Source of the DNA: a bacterium | GTDB lineage: Bacteria; SAR324; XYD2-FULL-50-16 | Length of the DNA: 64,000 bases | Direction: 5' to 3' | Assembly: GCA_018829445.1 (NCBI GenBank) | Contig: JAHJTV010000066.1 | Span: 79,649 to 143,648, forward strand | Part shown: in pieces, positions 17,919-28,449 of the stretch | Layout: the number at the start of each line of letters is the position of its first letter | How positions within the stretch are numbered: the stretch's first letter is position 1 | The notes under the pieces: generated by a model | The model's database searches: none | What the model saw: only the letters and a program-made list of their open reading frames with translations | What the model was told of the DNA's origin: nothing | Made by a program: the position numbers and the translations under genes

Positions 17919-18411
17919 AGGGAGAGATAAGGTTGTAGTGTAACTCCTCTGTTAACAAGTCACCAAAGGAAAGTAAATACGTTCTCAATGTATGATCCCC
18001 CCCTAACATAATGATTTGTACTCGTTTCTTCCAGAGGGCACCATTATTTTTACCGTTCTTTTACATTGATTCATCAATATCAGGGGCATCTCAGAGCTTA
18101 TCTCCTTCCTGGCGAAGCTTATTCCGATCAAATAAAAAAAGGATAAACAAAGGCTAGATAGTTCATTCCCCTTATTTTTTTTGAGATAGGCTCTCTTTTT
18201 ATGATGGCAATGGCAATGGTTAATACGCTGTTATCGGTAAAGCGGCAACGGGAATCAAACAGGGGAAAATCCTTTGTTTTGATAAGAGAAAAATTCATAA
18301 ACAAAACTAACAATATCTCCAGCAATGGCGCTGATCATATCTGCTTCTCCGGTTTATGAGTTTAACCAGGTTAGCCCTTAAAATCAGCGATGGGGATTCA
18401 ATAATCGAATA

Positions 18412-18816
18412 TCATACTCTGCCAAACTCTTCTATTGCTCGTAGTACATCCCTGCGACTGAGAAGTCCTACCAGTTGTTTTCCATCCACCACGGGAAACC
18501 GTCTGAAATTGTTATTCTGAAACATCTCCACAGCTTCTATAATTGATCGATTCTGATCAATGGAAATCACCTCTGTACTCATGTACTTTTCCACCTGCCC
18601 GCCTGGCAATTCGTGCATCGTCATCTCCAGCAAAACTCCCAGACAATCCTTCTCAGAGATAATGCCGACCAGATCTCCTTTGTTGTTTATTACCGGGGCT
18701 CCTGATATGGAATGTTTTATCAGGATTTTGATAACCTGATGTATGTCGGAATCCGGTTTAAAAGAGATGAGATTATTCTTGATTGTCATATAGTCTTTAA
18801 CCAGTTTCGTTACCAT
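18412..18816 (-). CDS. CBS-domain pair protein
   Basis: 134 aa. Two CBS repeats (ISGAPVINNKGDLVGIISEKD; FRRFPVVDGKQLVGLLSRRD). Confidence 0.85.
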   Translation of the reverse strand: MVTKLVKDYMTIKNNLISFKPDSDIHQVIKILIKHSISGAPVINNKGDLVGIISEKDCLGVLLEMTMHELPGGQVEKYMSTEVISIDQNRSIIEAVEMFQNNNFRRFPVVDGKQLVGLLSRRDVLRAIEEFGRV

Positions 18817-19146
18817 GTGTACTCCAATTATGACGGTTTTTTTTTAGTGTTGCTTGGTTAAGATACTTTTAAAGCTGTTGATCACAATTGCCAACGGATG
18901 TGATCATTTGGGTCGAAATGGAGCTGATCTCATTTTATATGGAAAAAAAGCAAAGTCAACACGGATCACTTTTGCCTTCTCGTTGATTCCCGTCTGCTGT
19001 CATTCAAGCAAATGTAAGAAACTTCAATGCTTTTAAGTTTTATTTTTTACTTTTTTCATTCTATTATTTAACTTTCACGATATAGAATAACAGACGTTTC
19101 AAAACCGTCTTGATTGATTGCAGATTAGTTTTCCCAGTCTTAGCCA

Positions 19147-20718
19147 ATGATACCCAGATTTTTAGATAGTTATTTCCTTTTCCGATATCAGAATTCCGAT
19201 TTTATCACTCGGCAAACGGTAAGAGTTCTTTCAACTACCATAATATTCTGTGCACTAATAGTAATCGGTTTATTTTCCTATTTTTTATTTCTGGATCTCT
19301 CTTTTGGTAATTCCATTGGAAGGACATTTGCGCTGTTTGGTTGCCTGGTTTTGCTGGTTATGATTCGAAAAGGGCATTATCTGTTAGCAGGCACTCTTTT
19401 CTTATTGCTTATTTTTTTCCTGGTTTGGTCGGTGATGTTTACAGAAGAGGTTGACCTGTTAATGAAAGCCGATACTATCGCTTTTATAATTTGCACATTT
19501 TCTTCCTGCGCCTTAGTGTTAAACAAAAACAGACGGTTAGTCATTGTTTATTGTCTTTTAAATATCGCAATACTTGGGATATTTTGTTTTCATCTAATTT
19601 CCATGTATAATCTTTCCAGTAATTTGGTATTGGAATATTTTTTCGACAATTCTCTTGCACTGTCTTTTATCGCCTTCATCTCCTACCAAGTTATTACCAT
19701 CAACACCAAGGCGCTGGATAAGGCAAATGAGTCGATTCAAGCGGCAAATCTCGAGATACAAAAAAACAGAACATTAACCGAAACGCTGGAGCAAAAAGTA
19801 TTGGAGCGCACCGAGGCGCTTTCAAAGAACAATGAAGAATTACAGAGGGAGATTCTTGAACGGGAAAAAGCGGAAAACAGGCTGAGAGAAACCCAGCAAA
19901 AACTGGTGGAGAATGCACACAAGGCAGGTATGGCAGAAATAGCATCGGATACCCTTCATAACGTTGGAAATACTTTGAACAGTATAAAAACATCTGCACA
20001 CGTTATAGAACAGAACCTTAATCAGAGTCCGCAAAAAAGGTATTCCAAAGCGTGTGATCTGATCCGGAAGCATCGGGATGATCTTGATACTTTTTTGATA
20101 AAAGACCCCAAGGGGAAAGCTGTGCTGGAATATTTCCTGAAGCTGGATGAGGAGTTCATCAGGGTTTTCGACGAAATAGGAGACAATACCAATTATCTCA
20201 ATGAAAAAGTGGATACCATCTCAAATGTAATACTTGCGCAACAAAACTATGCCGGGACATCATCCCTGATAGCATCCGTAACCCTAACCGACGTAATAAA
20301 TAATGCATTGGCAATCATTCCTGAGCTTATTGAGAATCTTAACATCAAAATCGTTAAGGATTTCCAATCAACACCGACAATGAATCTTCAAAAGACAAAA
20401 ATATTATTCACCTTCGTTAACCTATTTAAAAATGCGGTTCAGGCCATGAGTGCTTGTGACTCCAAAAACAGAATCCTGACTGTAAAAGCATTCACGGAAA
20501 AAGCAAAAGTGATCGTTGAAATCTCTGATACCGGAAGTGGTATTGCTCCTGAAAACCGGAAAAGGATCTTCAATCATGGTTTTACCACCAGGATAGATGG
20601 ATATGGGTTTGGGCTGCACAGTTGTGCAAATTATTTAAGCGAGATGGGAGCAACCATCGAAGCTCAGAGCGAGGGGTTAAATAAGGGCTCCACCTTTATT
20701 CTCACTTTTCCTGTTTAA
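19147..20718 (+). CDS. orphan membrane sensor histidine kinase with an LHNVGN-type H-box
   Basis: 523 aa. About 6-7 N-terminal TM helices, a coiled coil (LEIQKNRTL...EREKAENRL), H-box MAEIASDTLHNVGNTLNS, and HATPase_c motifs (SDTGSGIAPE, GYGFGLH). No adjacent response regulator. Confidence 0.8.
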   Translation: MIPRFLDSYFLFRYQNSDFITRQTVRVLSTTIIFCALIVIGLFSYFLFLDLSFGNSIGRTFALFGCLVLLVMIRKGHYLLAGTLFLLLIFFLVWSVMFTEEVDLLMKADTIAFIICTFSSCALVLNKNRRLVIVYCLLNIAILGIFCFHLISMYNLSSNLVLEYFFDNSLALSFIAFISYQVITINTKALDKANESIQAANLEIQKNRTLTETLEQKVLERTEALSKNNEELQREILEREKAENRLRETQQKLVENAHKAGMAEIASDTLHNVGNTLNSIKTSAHVIEQNLNQSPQKRYSKACDLIRKHRDDLDTFLIKDPKGKAVLEYFLKLDEEFIRVFDEIGDNTNYLNEKVDTISNVILAQQNYAGTSSLIASVTLTDVINNALAIIPELIENLNIKIVKDFQSTPTMNLQKTKILFTFVNLFKNAVQAMSACDSKNRILTVKAFTEKAKVIVEISDTGSGIAPENRKRIFNHGFTTRIDGYGFGLHSCANYLSEMGATIEAQSEGLNKGSTFILTFPV

Positions 20719-20764
20719 GGCTAATTTTATATCCATCTTTTATGGTAAAAAACTGCCTCAAAAT

Positions 20765-22063
20765 CTAATCCATCATGTTGGGTAGAAACATAATAATTTG
20801 TGGAAACGCGATCAGAAAAGCCACTTGAATGGCATCGGCGATCAGGTGGGGGTAAACACCCCGGAAGATCTTTTTAATGGGGACACCGGAAATACCTTTG
20901 ATAATAAAAACATTCATTCCCACCGGAGGTGTAATCAATCCCATCTCCGTCACTCTGACGACCAGAATTCCAAACCAAATAGGATCAAAATTCAAATGAA
21001 TGATGACGGGATAAAAAACCGGAATAGTTAATAATACTATTGCCATGGAATCCATGACACAACCGAGTACTAAAGTGATGAGAAGAATAATGATCAGAAT
21101 GGCGTAACGGTTTATGGAGAGATCGGATACAATAGTTGCCATATTTGAAGGCAGTTGCGAAACCGAAAGGAAATATCCGAAAATCATAGCTCCCATGATA
21201 ATCAGGAAAAGCATGCCGGTTGTGGAGCAAGTGTGCTTTAGACTATCCATGAAAACCGAATAGGACATTTTCCCCCTGGCCAGGGCGAAGAAAAAGGCGC
21301 CGAATGCACCAACACCTGCTGCTTCAGTGGGTGTGAATATTCCAGCGTAGATTCCTCCGATTACAACGACGAATAAAACCAAAACCTCCCAGGTTTTTTT
21401 GAGAGAGGAGAACCGTTCCCTCATGCTGAATTTTGGGCCTCTGGGACCGTGGTGCGGCTTAAAAAAAGTCAGGTACCAGATGGTGATCAGATAGAAAACC
21501 GCTTCCATAATACCCGGGATAAAACCGGCCAGAAAGAGCTTTCCAATGGATTGTTCCGTTATAATTCCGTAGATGATCAGAATCACACTGGGAGGAATGA
21601 GAATTCCGATGCTTCCGCCTGCGGCAATGGCACCGGTAGCCAAACCATCATCGTATTTGTATTTTCTCATTTCCGGAAGCGCGACTGCACCTAATGTTGC
21701 AGCTGTTGCCAGACTGGAACCGCTGATGGCAGCAAAACAGGCGCAGGCAATAATTGTTGCCTGGGCGATACCGCCTCGAAAATGCCCGATCCATTTGTAG
21801 ATGGCATCAAAGATATCCCTGCTCAAACCGGCTTTGAAAGCAAACGACCCCATCAGGATAAAAAGGGGAATAACACTGAGGTCATAGTTGGCAAAAGTTG
21901 AGTAGGGAACCGATTTAAGAAGTCCAAAAGCCGGATTTAACCCGATTAGAAATGCAAATCCCCCAAATCCCACCAAAGCCATCCCAGCACCAATCGGAAA
22001 ACCGGAAAACAGCAGGACGATCAGTATTCCAATCCCAAAAAACCCAACTAAGAGCGGATCCAT
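20765..22063 (-). CDS. dctM: TRAP transporter large permease
   Basis: 432 aa, polytopic. Typical DctM N-terminus (LLVGFFGIGILIVLLFSGFPIGAGMALVG). Overlaps the small permease gene by 16 nt. Confidence 0.9.
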   Translation of the reverse strand: MDPLLVGFFGIGILIVLLFSGFPIGAGMALVGFGGFAFLIGLNPAFGLLKSVPYSTFANYDLSVIPLFILMGSFAFKAGLSRDIFDAIYKWIGHFRGGIAQATIIACACFAAISGSSLATAATLGAVALPEMRKYKYDDGLATGAIAAGGSIGILIPPSVILIIYGIITEQSIGKLFLAGFIPGIMEAVFYLITIWYLTFFKPHHGPRGPKFSMRERFSSLKKTWEVLVLFVVVIGGIYAGIFTPTEAAGVGAFGAFFFALARGKMSYSVFMDSLKHTCSTTGMLFLIIMGAMIFGYFLSVSQLPSNMATIVSDLSINRYAILIIILLITLVLGCVMDSMAIVLLTIPVFYPVIIHLNFDPIWFGILVVRVTEMGLITPPVGMNVFIIKGISGVPIKKIFRGVYPHLIADAIQVAFLIAFPQIIMFLPNMMD

Positions 22064-22566
22064 CTTGAAAGCACCTCCGAAGCTGAACTGATAAACTGTT
22101 CGATTAATATGAGAGTCAGGACTAAAAAGGCTAAGGCAACCATACCGACAAACGGAAATACGGGGATGTATAAAACCGGGGAGGTCAGGTTTGACTCAAA
22201 CTCGTCAATAACATAAATAAACGACTGCCAGGTGATGGGTATAAAAAGCACCAGCATCAGCAGATTGCTCAGACTCTCCAAGACTTTTCTGGTAAAATCG
22301 GAAAAGTTCTCAATGACAAGGTCAACTCCGATATGCATTTTTTTTTGGGCACAGAAGACAATGCTGAAGGGAATGACAATGGCCATCATGAATTCCACGA
22401 TCTCAGCCGCTCCCTGGATGGGACTGTTGAAAATGTATCGAAGGAGAACGTCAACAAACGTTAGAAACATCATTATAGCAAGGGCCCAGGTAGAGAAGGT
22501 ATTCAACACTTTTACTATCACTTCATTTACCTTGCCCAGGGGATTCCCTTTTTCTAGAACTGACAT
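22048..22566 (-). CDS. dctQ: TRAP transporter small permease
   Basis: 172 aa, 4 TM helices. Positioned between the DctP and DctM genes. Confidence 0.85.
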   Translation of the reverse strand: MSVLEKGNPLGKVNEVIVKVLNTFSTWALAIMMFLTFVDVLLRYIFNSPIQGAAEIVEFMMAIVIPFSIVFCAQKKMHIGVDLVIENFSDFTRKVLESLSNLLMLVLFIPITWQSFIYVIDEFESNLTSPVLYIPVFPFVGMVALAFLVLTLILIEQFISSASEVLSRWIRS

Positions 22567-22656
22567 GGTACGGTTCCCATAATAGAATAAAAACAGCTAA
22601 TTCCGACATTCCTGGATCTATCCAATGGTGATGGATAGCTGATTGTTTTGTGGGTT

Positions 22657-22688
22657 TTCCTCCTCCCATGACTAAATGGGAGAAGGAA
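22657..22688 (-). other. intercistronic stem-loop between dctP and dctQ
   Basis: TTCCTCCTCCCAT (22657..22669) pairs with ATGGGAGAAGGAA (22676..22688), 12/13 complementary with a 6-nt loop. This shape is typical of mRNA-stabilising hairpins after binding-protein genes. Confidence 0.5.
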
Positions 22689-22699
22689 TCACTGGATTG

Positions 22700-23731
22700 T
22701 TAAAACATCGCAAGGAGAGCATCAAGAATTTCCTGGGCTTCCGGATGACCATCGGCTTTCATTTTTGCAAGCCAATCTTCCCAGATAGGTTTGCCGGCTT
22801 CCTTCAACCATTTTTCTCTTTCACTCTGAGGCAAAGGATAAATATTCATTTCATAGCCCTTATCCATTGCTTCCCGAATCATCGCTTCCCGAGCCGTATC
22901 AAAGAAATTTCGTCCCCAGAATCTGGCACCGTTGAGTCCGCTTTCTCTGGTAAAAATGTCCTGAAGATCTTTTGGCAGGCTATTCCACTTATTCTTGTTC
23001 ATGGCAATGGAGAAGTATACCACCGGGAATGATGTGTCGAGAGTATAATATTTTACCACTTCATAAAGCCTGAAAGTAAGGATCGATTCCCATGATCCAC
23101 CCATTCCATCCGTAACTCCTTTTTGCATAGCGATGTAGTTGTCCGGCATGGGCACAGACATTGGAACACCACCCAATGCTTTCATCATTTCGGTGGAAGG
23201 TCCCCCCATCATTCTTATTTTTAATCCCTGCAAATCTTCTTGTGCCTTTACCTGTTTTTCTGTCGTGATCAAGAAGTAAGGATCTGTTGTATAGAGCAAC
23301 AGAATGTGATTGTCGGCAAACTGTTTTCTGATCTGCGGGAATTTTTCATAGAGTTTCCACAGGGCGGCACTTCCCTCTTCGGAGGTTTTAAACGGCAGTG
23401 ACGGCATGCTGATGACATCCGCCAGAGAAGTCATTCCCGGCCAATATGGGTGAAAACACCAGCCCATGTCTGCAATACCGTACTTGACTGCATTCCAGGT
23501 ATCTTTTCCCTTGGCGAGGGTTTGACTATGGTATCCCTTGATTTTGAGTCTGCCACCCGAGGCTTTCTCGATTCTTTCAACCCAGGGTTTCCAGGCTTGT
23601 GATGTACCCCAGCCCAATTCAGGATTCTGATTTGCAAAGGTCAGGGTGATGGTTTCTGCTTGTGCAGAGAAAGACAAAACCATGACAAAACCAAGTCCGA
23701 CCATCAGTTTTACCCATAAGCTCTTTTTCAT
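22700..23731 (-). CDS. dctP: TRAP transporter substrate-binding protein
   Basis: The ORF track start is 23785. The ATG at 23731 follows RBS AAGGAGA and gives a signal peptide (MKKSLWVKLMVGLGFVMVLSFSAQA). DctP-family length and motifs. Confidence 0.9.
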   Translation of the reverse strand: MKKSLWVKLMVGLGFVMVLSFSAQAETITLTFANQNPELGWGTSQAWKPWVERIEKASGGRLKIKGYHSQTLAKGKDTWNAVKYGIADMGWCFHPYWPGMTSLADVISMPSLPFKTSEEGSAALWKLYEKFPQIRKQFADNHILLLYTTDPYFLITTEKQVKAQEDLQGLKIRMMGGPSTEMMKALGGVPMSVPMPDNYIAMQKGVTDGMGGSWESILTFRLYEVVKYYTLDTSFPVVYFSIAMNKNKWNSLPKDLQDIFTRESGLNGARFWGRNFFDTAREAMIREAMDKGYEMNIYPLPQSEREKWLKEAGKPIWEDWLAKMKADGHPEAQEILDALLAMF

Positions 23732-23790
23732 TTTTATCTCCTTGAAATAATTTACACAACCAGAAGAAAAGGATAAAAACCTCACCAGCT

Positions 23791-24123
23791 TCAGCGAGGA
23801 GTAAATAAAACCGATCTGCTATCAAATTCCATATCCTTGACCAATTTGTCAAGCTCCCCAAATTTCATGCAGAAAGACTGGCAATGCTTTACGCATGCTG
23901 GATCTTCGCCGGTTTTGAACCGACTTGCGCAGAGATCGCATAACTCGGTTAAAAAGGGCATATAGTCAATAGCCACCGGTTTTTTGACGGCCTCATAAAC
24001 ATATTCCGTGATTTTTATTCCACATTTTCCAGCCGGATAGTCATGCTCCTGCTGGCAGGCGACTGCACATGTCTGGCATCCTGTACAAAAATCATAATTG
24101 ATGAGTAATCCATACTTTAACAT
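23791..24123 (-). CDS. small 4Fe-4S cluster protein (electron-transfer subunit of a Mo/W oxidoreductase)
   Basis: 110 aa. CTGCQTCAVAC, CDLC and CVKHC cysteine motifs. RBS AGGAGAG. Lies immediately downstream of the truncated Mo-enzyme gene. Confidence 0.75.
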   Translation of the reverse strand: MLKYGLLINYDFCTGCQTCAVACQQEHDYPAGKCGIKITEYVYEAVKKPVAIDYMPFLTELCDLCASRFKTGEDPACVKHCQSFCMKFGELDKLVKDMEFDSRSVLFTPR

Positions 24124-24132
24124 TTTTCTCTC

Positions 24133-24726
24133 CTACAGATCCATGCTGCTGATTTTTACAAGGGTTGTCTTATATTGCCCCCCACCAAATCCCGAATCAC
24201 TATATTGCGGACCGGGGATAAGCTGATTGATCTGGTAATCCCAGACTCCAAACAGATCCGGTTCCTTGCCGTTCATCTCCGGTTTCCACCAGGAATGCAA
24301 GGTGTGGATCATTTGGGGATGAACCCGCAAGGTGGTACGCACCTTGCGTTGTACCCTGCCCAGATCGTTTTCAAGAAAAACCCACTCCCCGTCGTAGACA
24401 CCATATTTTTTTGCTGTTTCCGGGTGAACCTCAACATAGGGCTCCGGACTTTTTCCCCGCAACCAGGGGATGTTTCTGTGTTCGGAGTGAAAGAACAGGG
24501 TTGATCGAGCACCGGTAATCATGATCAAGGGGTACTTCTTAAAAAGTTCCGGAGTCCTGACAGGACTCTGCGGCGGCTCATCATAATAAGGCAATGGATC
24601 CAGCCCCCAACTTTCATACATTTTGGAACACAACTCGACCTTACCGGTTTCGGTTTCAAAGCCGGGTTTTCCGTCCTTTCTCAACAAGCCTCGCTCATGA
24701 CAAAGATTAAAAAACAGTGGGTATCG
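24133..24726 (-). pseudogene. 5'-truncated molybdopterin oxidoreductase; only the C-terminal ~195 codons (molybdopterin dinucleotide-binding domain region) remain
   Basis: GFETETGKVELCS...LPYYDEP...FFHSEHRNIPWLR...PYVEVHPETAKKYGVYDGEWVFLEN... is the C-terminal quarter of a ~700-900-aa Mo/W-bisPGD enzyme. The frame is open only back to the stop at 24727..24729, with no ATG and no upstream Fe-S or Mo-binding N-domain. Confidence 0.7.
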
Positions 24727-24764
24727 TCATAGCCAATGCATTGATGCGGAAAAGATCCGAATAG

Positions 24765-25787
24765 AAACTTCATCTGGCTCTTGCCGAGATTGAAGATCTT
24801 AAAGATAATCTTGAAGCTGAGAATGTCTATCTGAGAAAGGAGATTCGTCTTCAGCATAAACACAAGGATTTCATTGGCCAGAGTGAAATTGTCAGGAATG
24901 TCCTCAATCGTGCCGAGCAGGTGGCAAATATAGATACAACTGTGCTGGTGCTGGGTGAAACCGGAACAGGAAAAGAGCTATTGGCCCAGACGGTTCACAA
25001 TCTGAGTCACAGAAAAAAACGCCCAATGATCCTGGTGAATTGTGCGGCACTACCCTCAAACCTGGTTGAAAGCGAGCTATTTGGCCATGAAAAGGGAGCG
25101 TTTACCGGGGCTCATTCCAAACGGATAGGGCGCTTTGAGTTGGCTGACGATTCAACCCTTTTTCTGGATGAAATCGGGGAATTGTCCCTGGAATTGCAGG
25201 CCAAGCTGCTTAGGGTGCTGCAGTTTAACCAGTTTGAACGGCTGGGAGGAAACAAAACGATTACAACAGACGTAAGAGTAATCGCTGCCACCAATCGAGA
25301 CCTTTTGCAGTTGGTTAATTCCGGAGAGTTTCGCATGGATCTTTATTATCGTTTGAATGTCTTTCCCATTGTGGTTCCGCCCTTGCGAAATCGAAAAGAA
25401 GACATCCCTGAACTGATCAGGTTTTTTGTTAAGGAATTCTGCGTAAAAATGGGGAAGCAGATTGGTACGATATCCCAAAACAGTATGCAAAAGTTGCAGA
25501 ATTATCACTGGCCGGGAAATATCAGGGAGCTGAAAAATATAATCGAGCGGGCAATGATTGTGACAACCGGCAGCATTCAAAAAATTGAACTTCCGGAACC
25601 GCACACTTCCGTCAATACACGGGTGAGAGCCCTGGTGGATATTCAAAGAAACCATATCCTGGATGTCTTGAATACGACAAATTGGCGCATTCGCGGGAAA
25701 AATGGAGCGGCCGAGATTTTAGGTCTTAAACCGACCACTCTGGAAGCAAAAATGGCCAGGATCGGAATCAGACGTGTGCGCAGATAG
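24765..25787 (+). pseudogene. 5'-truncated sigma-54-dependent transcriptional activator; AAA+ and Fis-type HTH retained, sensory N-domain missing
   Basis: The frame opens at 24765 right after a TAG. It reads LALAEIEDLKDNLEAENVYLRKEIRLQHKHKDFIGQSEIVRNVL..VLVLGETGTGKE (Walker A), ESELFGHEKGAFTGA, and a C-terminal HTH (AAEILGLKPTTLEAKM). The coiled-coil linker normally follows a GAF/PAS domain that is absent. The first possible start is GTG 24921, already inside the AAA+ domain. Confidence 0.7.
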
Positions 25788-25827
25788 TTGGATAGTTGAT
25801 TATAAGTTCTCCTGTTCGAAATACTCC

Positions 25828-28449
25828 CTAATCCGATATTGTTCTGATGGATTCAATAAGATGCGGAAAGGCGTCCAAGACAGACTCAATTTTTACCACA
25901 TCATAATTTCTGCTGTGGATGACCAGATTCTTTCCATATTCAATTAAAACATCCAAAGAATACTCTTTGCCGAATTCCAAGATCTGACTGCCAAAGTCCT
26001 TGATTTGATCGAATGATTCGTTTTGACGGACAGTATCCCAGCGTTTTTTGAAGTCACTTTCCAACCGTTTAGCTATTTCAGGAAGTAGCGCTCGTGTCTC
26101 AGGTGTTATCGGCCTATGTTCCTCTTCTTCACTGGCAACCTGTTTTAGCTCCTTTTTTTGATAATTGTAGTCAAGATACTTACACAATTCATTTATTAGC
26201 TCTTCCCATATTACCGGTTTAGTCAGGTAGCTGTTAAAACCTTCCTGCATGATAGAAGCAATGTCCTTATCCATTACCGAAGCTGTGATGGCAATAATGG
26301 GGATTTTTTCCAGTTCATGGTCTTTTCTAATCAGACGGGTGGCATCAACGCCACTCAAAACAGGCATTCTGATATCCATCAAAATCAGATCGGGTCGATG
26401 CTTTTTTGTTAAGATAACAGCTTCCTGCCCGTTTTGGGCAGATATGATATTAAGATTGGTTGATCTAAAAAACTCTACCAGGATCTCACGATTTGAATCG
26501 ACGTCGTCTGCCACCAACAAAGTCCCTCCTTTGAATTCGATATCCGAAAGATTAAGTTTTTCTGAGGCTTTTACTTCGGGAATATCGGTTCCTATGGAGA
26601 CATCCGGTATTACAACCTCAAAAACGCTACCTTTACCGGGTTCACTTGATAGAGAGATTGTTCCTCCCATCATTACCACCAAACGTCGAGTAATAGCCAA
26701 TCCAAGGCCGGTGCCGCCATATTCCCTGGTAATCCGTTCATCCTGTTGTTTGAACGGATCGAATATGCATTCCTGGAACTCTGCCGGTATCCCAATTCCG
26801 GTATCTTCCACCCCGAATACCAGGTTAATTTCATTAGTATCGGTTTTTTGATCACTTTGAATTGTTTTTGTGTACAGTTTCACCATTCCTTCCCGCGTAA
26901 ACTTAAAGGCATTGCCCAATAGATTAAGAAGCACCTGGCGCAACCGGATTTCATCCAACAACAGATTGTCGGGGATATCCTCGGAGACTTCCTGCAAGAA
27001 TCCAATTTGTTTTTGTGATATCTCCAGGGAGAAGATTTGTTCCATTTCAAAAAAAATATGGCGGACGTTAATCTGGCTTCGACTAATTTCCATTTGACCG
27101 GCTTCGATCTTTGAAAGATCAAGAATATCGTTTATCAATGTCAACAGTCCCTTTCCACTGGATTTGATCGATTCTAGGTAGCCCAGATGCTTTTGATCCA
27201 TATTGGTGAGACGCAGTAGATCGGAAAAACCCAGGATAGCGTTCAAGGGAGTGCGAATCTCATGGCTCATGTTAGCGAGGAAAGCACTTTTTGAGCGGTT
27301 GGCATCTTCCGCTTTTTCTTTGGCAGTCTGCAACTCCTTTTTAATTTGTTCCCTATGAATGAGTGCTCCCAGATCATTTGCAATTGTTTTCAAAACATTT
27401 ATTTCATCCGGAGTCCAGAAACGTGGTTTACGACATTCATTAAATCCAAGAACTCCCCACAACTCTCCTTCAGAAAAAACAGGAAGAAGCAGAATCGATT
27501 GAATATCAAAAGCGTTCAGTGTTTGTTGAATCTCTTCTGAAAAATCGGTTGTTTTCCCGCATACAAATTGACCGTCTCTTAATTGATCGTGCCAGTTAGC
27601 TGTTTTTATTAAGGTAGCAGCAAATTTCTGCATTTTGTCTTTTTCATCTGGCCTTTTACACTCTTCAGTTGTCCATTGGTGGTCCAAAGCAGTACATTCC
27701 CGACTGCCATTCTCGAGTACTGCACATTTAAATATGTAGGCTTTGCAGGCTTCTACGCCTTGTCCTATCTGTTTCAAAGCCTCGGGAATCGCCTGTGCAA
27801 GATCAATTGATTTTAATAATTTTTCTGCTGCCAGATTGGCTGCTTTTAAAACACTGCCGTGGTATCGGAGTGATTCCTTTGAAGATTCTGCAGCATTAAG
27901 AGCGACTTTCAGTTCCTTATTTAAAGCTACCAACTCGCGCTGCTGCTCCACAGCATTTTCATATGTGGATAAAAGCAGATCCAGGATTTGTATCCGATCC
28001 GTATTCAGGAAATGTTTTTTACCGGCAAAAAAGACTTCCACACCCATGGTTACCCCGGATTCCTGTCTCAGTTCCATGTTTGCCAGAATATATTCAATAC
28101 GGGACAAAAGGAAATTATTGTCATATGGTTTCATGATGAAATGATCTGCTCCGGCTGCAAGCCCTTTGATCACGTCTTCCGGTTCGGTAAGGGAGGTCAG
28201 GATAATCACCGGAAGGTTTTTAAACCGTTTGTTGTTCTTGATTCTGCGGCAGAGCTCAAAGCCTCCCATTTCAGGCATAACCACATCACTGATTACCAGA
28301 CCGGGGATGTCGGTTTCCAGGAACCGAAGGGCATCCAATCCATTTTCGGCAATTGAAACGAGATACCCCTGCAGTTCCAGGGTATGCTGAAGCTGCAGCG
28401 CCTGGGTTTGACTATCTTCAACTATCAGTATTCTTATCTTGTCTGCCAT
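25828..28449 (-). CDS. hybrid sensor kinase: REC - helical extension - GAF - HisKA - HATPase_c - REC - C-terminal helical (HPt-like, His-less) module
   Basis: 873 aa. REC1 (RILIVEDSQ...[13 protein letters not shown]), a GAF-like region (ACKAYIFKC...[15 protein letters not shown]), H-box [16 protein letters not shown]-boxes DTGIGIP and GTGLGLAI, and REC2 ([10 protein letters not shown]...[13 protein letters not shown]). Confidence 0.9.
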   Translation of the reverse strand: MADKIRILIVEDSQTQALQLQHTLELQGYLVSIAENGLDALRFLETDIPGLVISDVVMPEMGGFELCRRIKNNKRFKNLPVIILTSLTEPEDVIKGLAAGADHFIMKPYDNNFLLSRIEYILANMELRQESGVTMGVEVFFAGKKHFLNTDRIQILDLLLSTYENAVEQQRELVALNKELKVALNAAESSKESLRYHGSVLKAANLAAEKLLKSIDLAQAIPEALKQIGQGVEACKAYIFKCAVLENGSRECTALDHQWTTEECKRPDEKDKMQKFAATLIKTANWHDQLRDGQFVCGKTTDFSEEIQQTLNAFDIQSILLLPVFSEGELWGVLGFNECRKPRFWTPDEINVLKTIANDLGALIHREQIKKELQTAKEKAEDANRSKSAFLANMSHEIRTPLNAILGFSDLLRLTNMDQKHLGYLESIKSSGKGLLTLINDILDLSKIEAGQMEISRSQINVRHIFFEMEQIFSLEISQKQIGFLQEVSEDIPDNLLLDEIRLRQVLLNLLGNAFKFTREGMVKLYTKTIQSDQKTDTNEINLVFGVEDTGIGIPAEFQECIFDPFKQQDERITREYGGTGLGLAITRRLVVMMGGTISLSSEPGKGSVFEVVIPDVSIGTDIPEVKASEKLNLSDIEFKGGTLLVADDVDSNREILVEFFRSTNLNIISAQNGQEAVILTKKHRPDLILMDIRMPVLSGVDATRLIRKDHELEKIPIIAITASVMDKDIASIMQEGFNSYLTKPVIWEELINELCKYLDYNYQKKELKQVASEEEEHRPITPETRALLPEIAKRLESDFKKRWDTVRQNESFDQIKDFGSQILEFGKEYSLDVLIEYGKNLVIHSRNYDVVKIESVLDAFPHLIESIRTISD

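Noticed and set aside
24121-24135. The Mo-enzyme fragment and the Fe-S gene are in the same frame, separated by TAG plus three codons; possible read-through or pyrrolysine
   Set aside because: The intervening TAGGAGAGAAAAATG is a normal stop + RBS + start junction, so there is no need to invoke recoding.
25152-26851. Long antisense ORFs inside large genes (for example 25152..25655 -, 26249..26851 +, and elsewhere 16406..16870 +, 5603..6007 +, 28755..28979 +)
   Set aside because: These are shadow frames opposite genes with strong domain evidence. Their low-complexity or odd composition gives no independent support.
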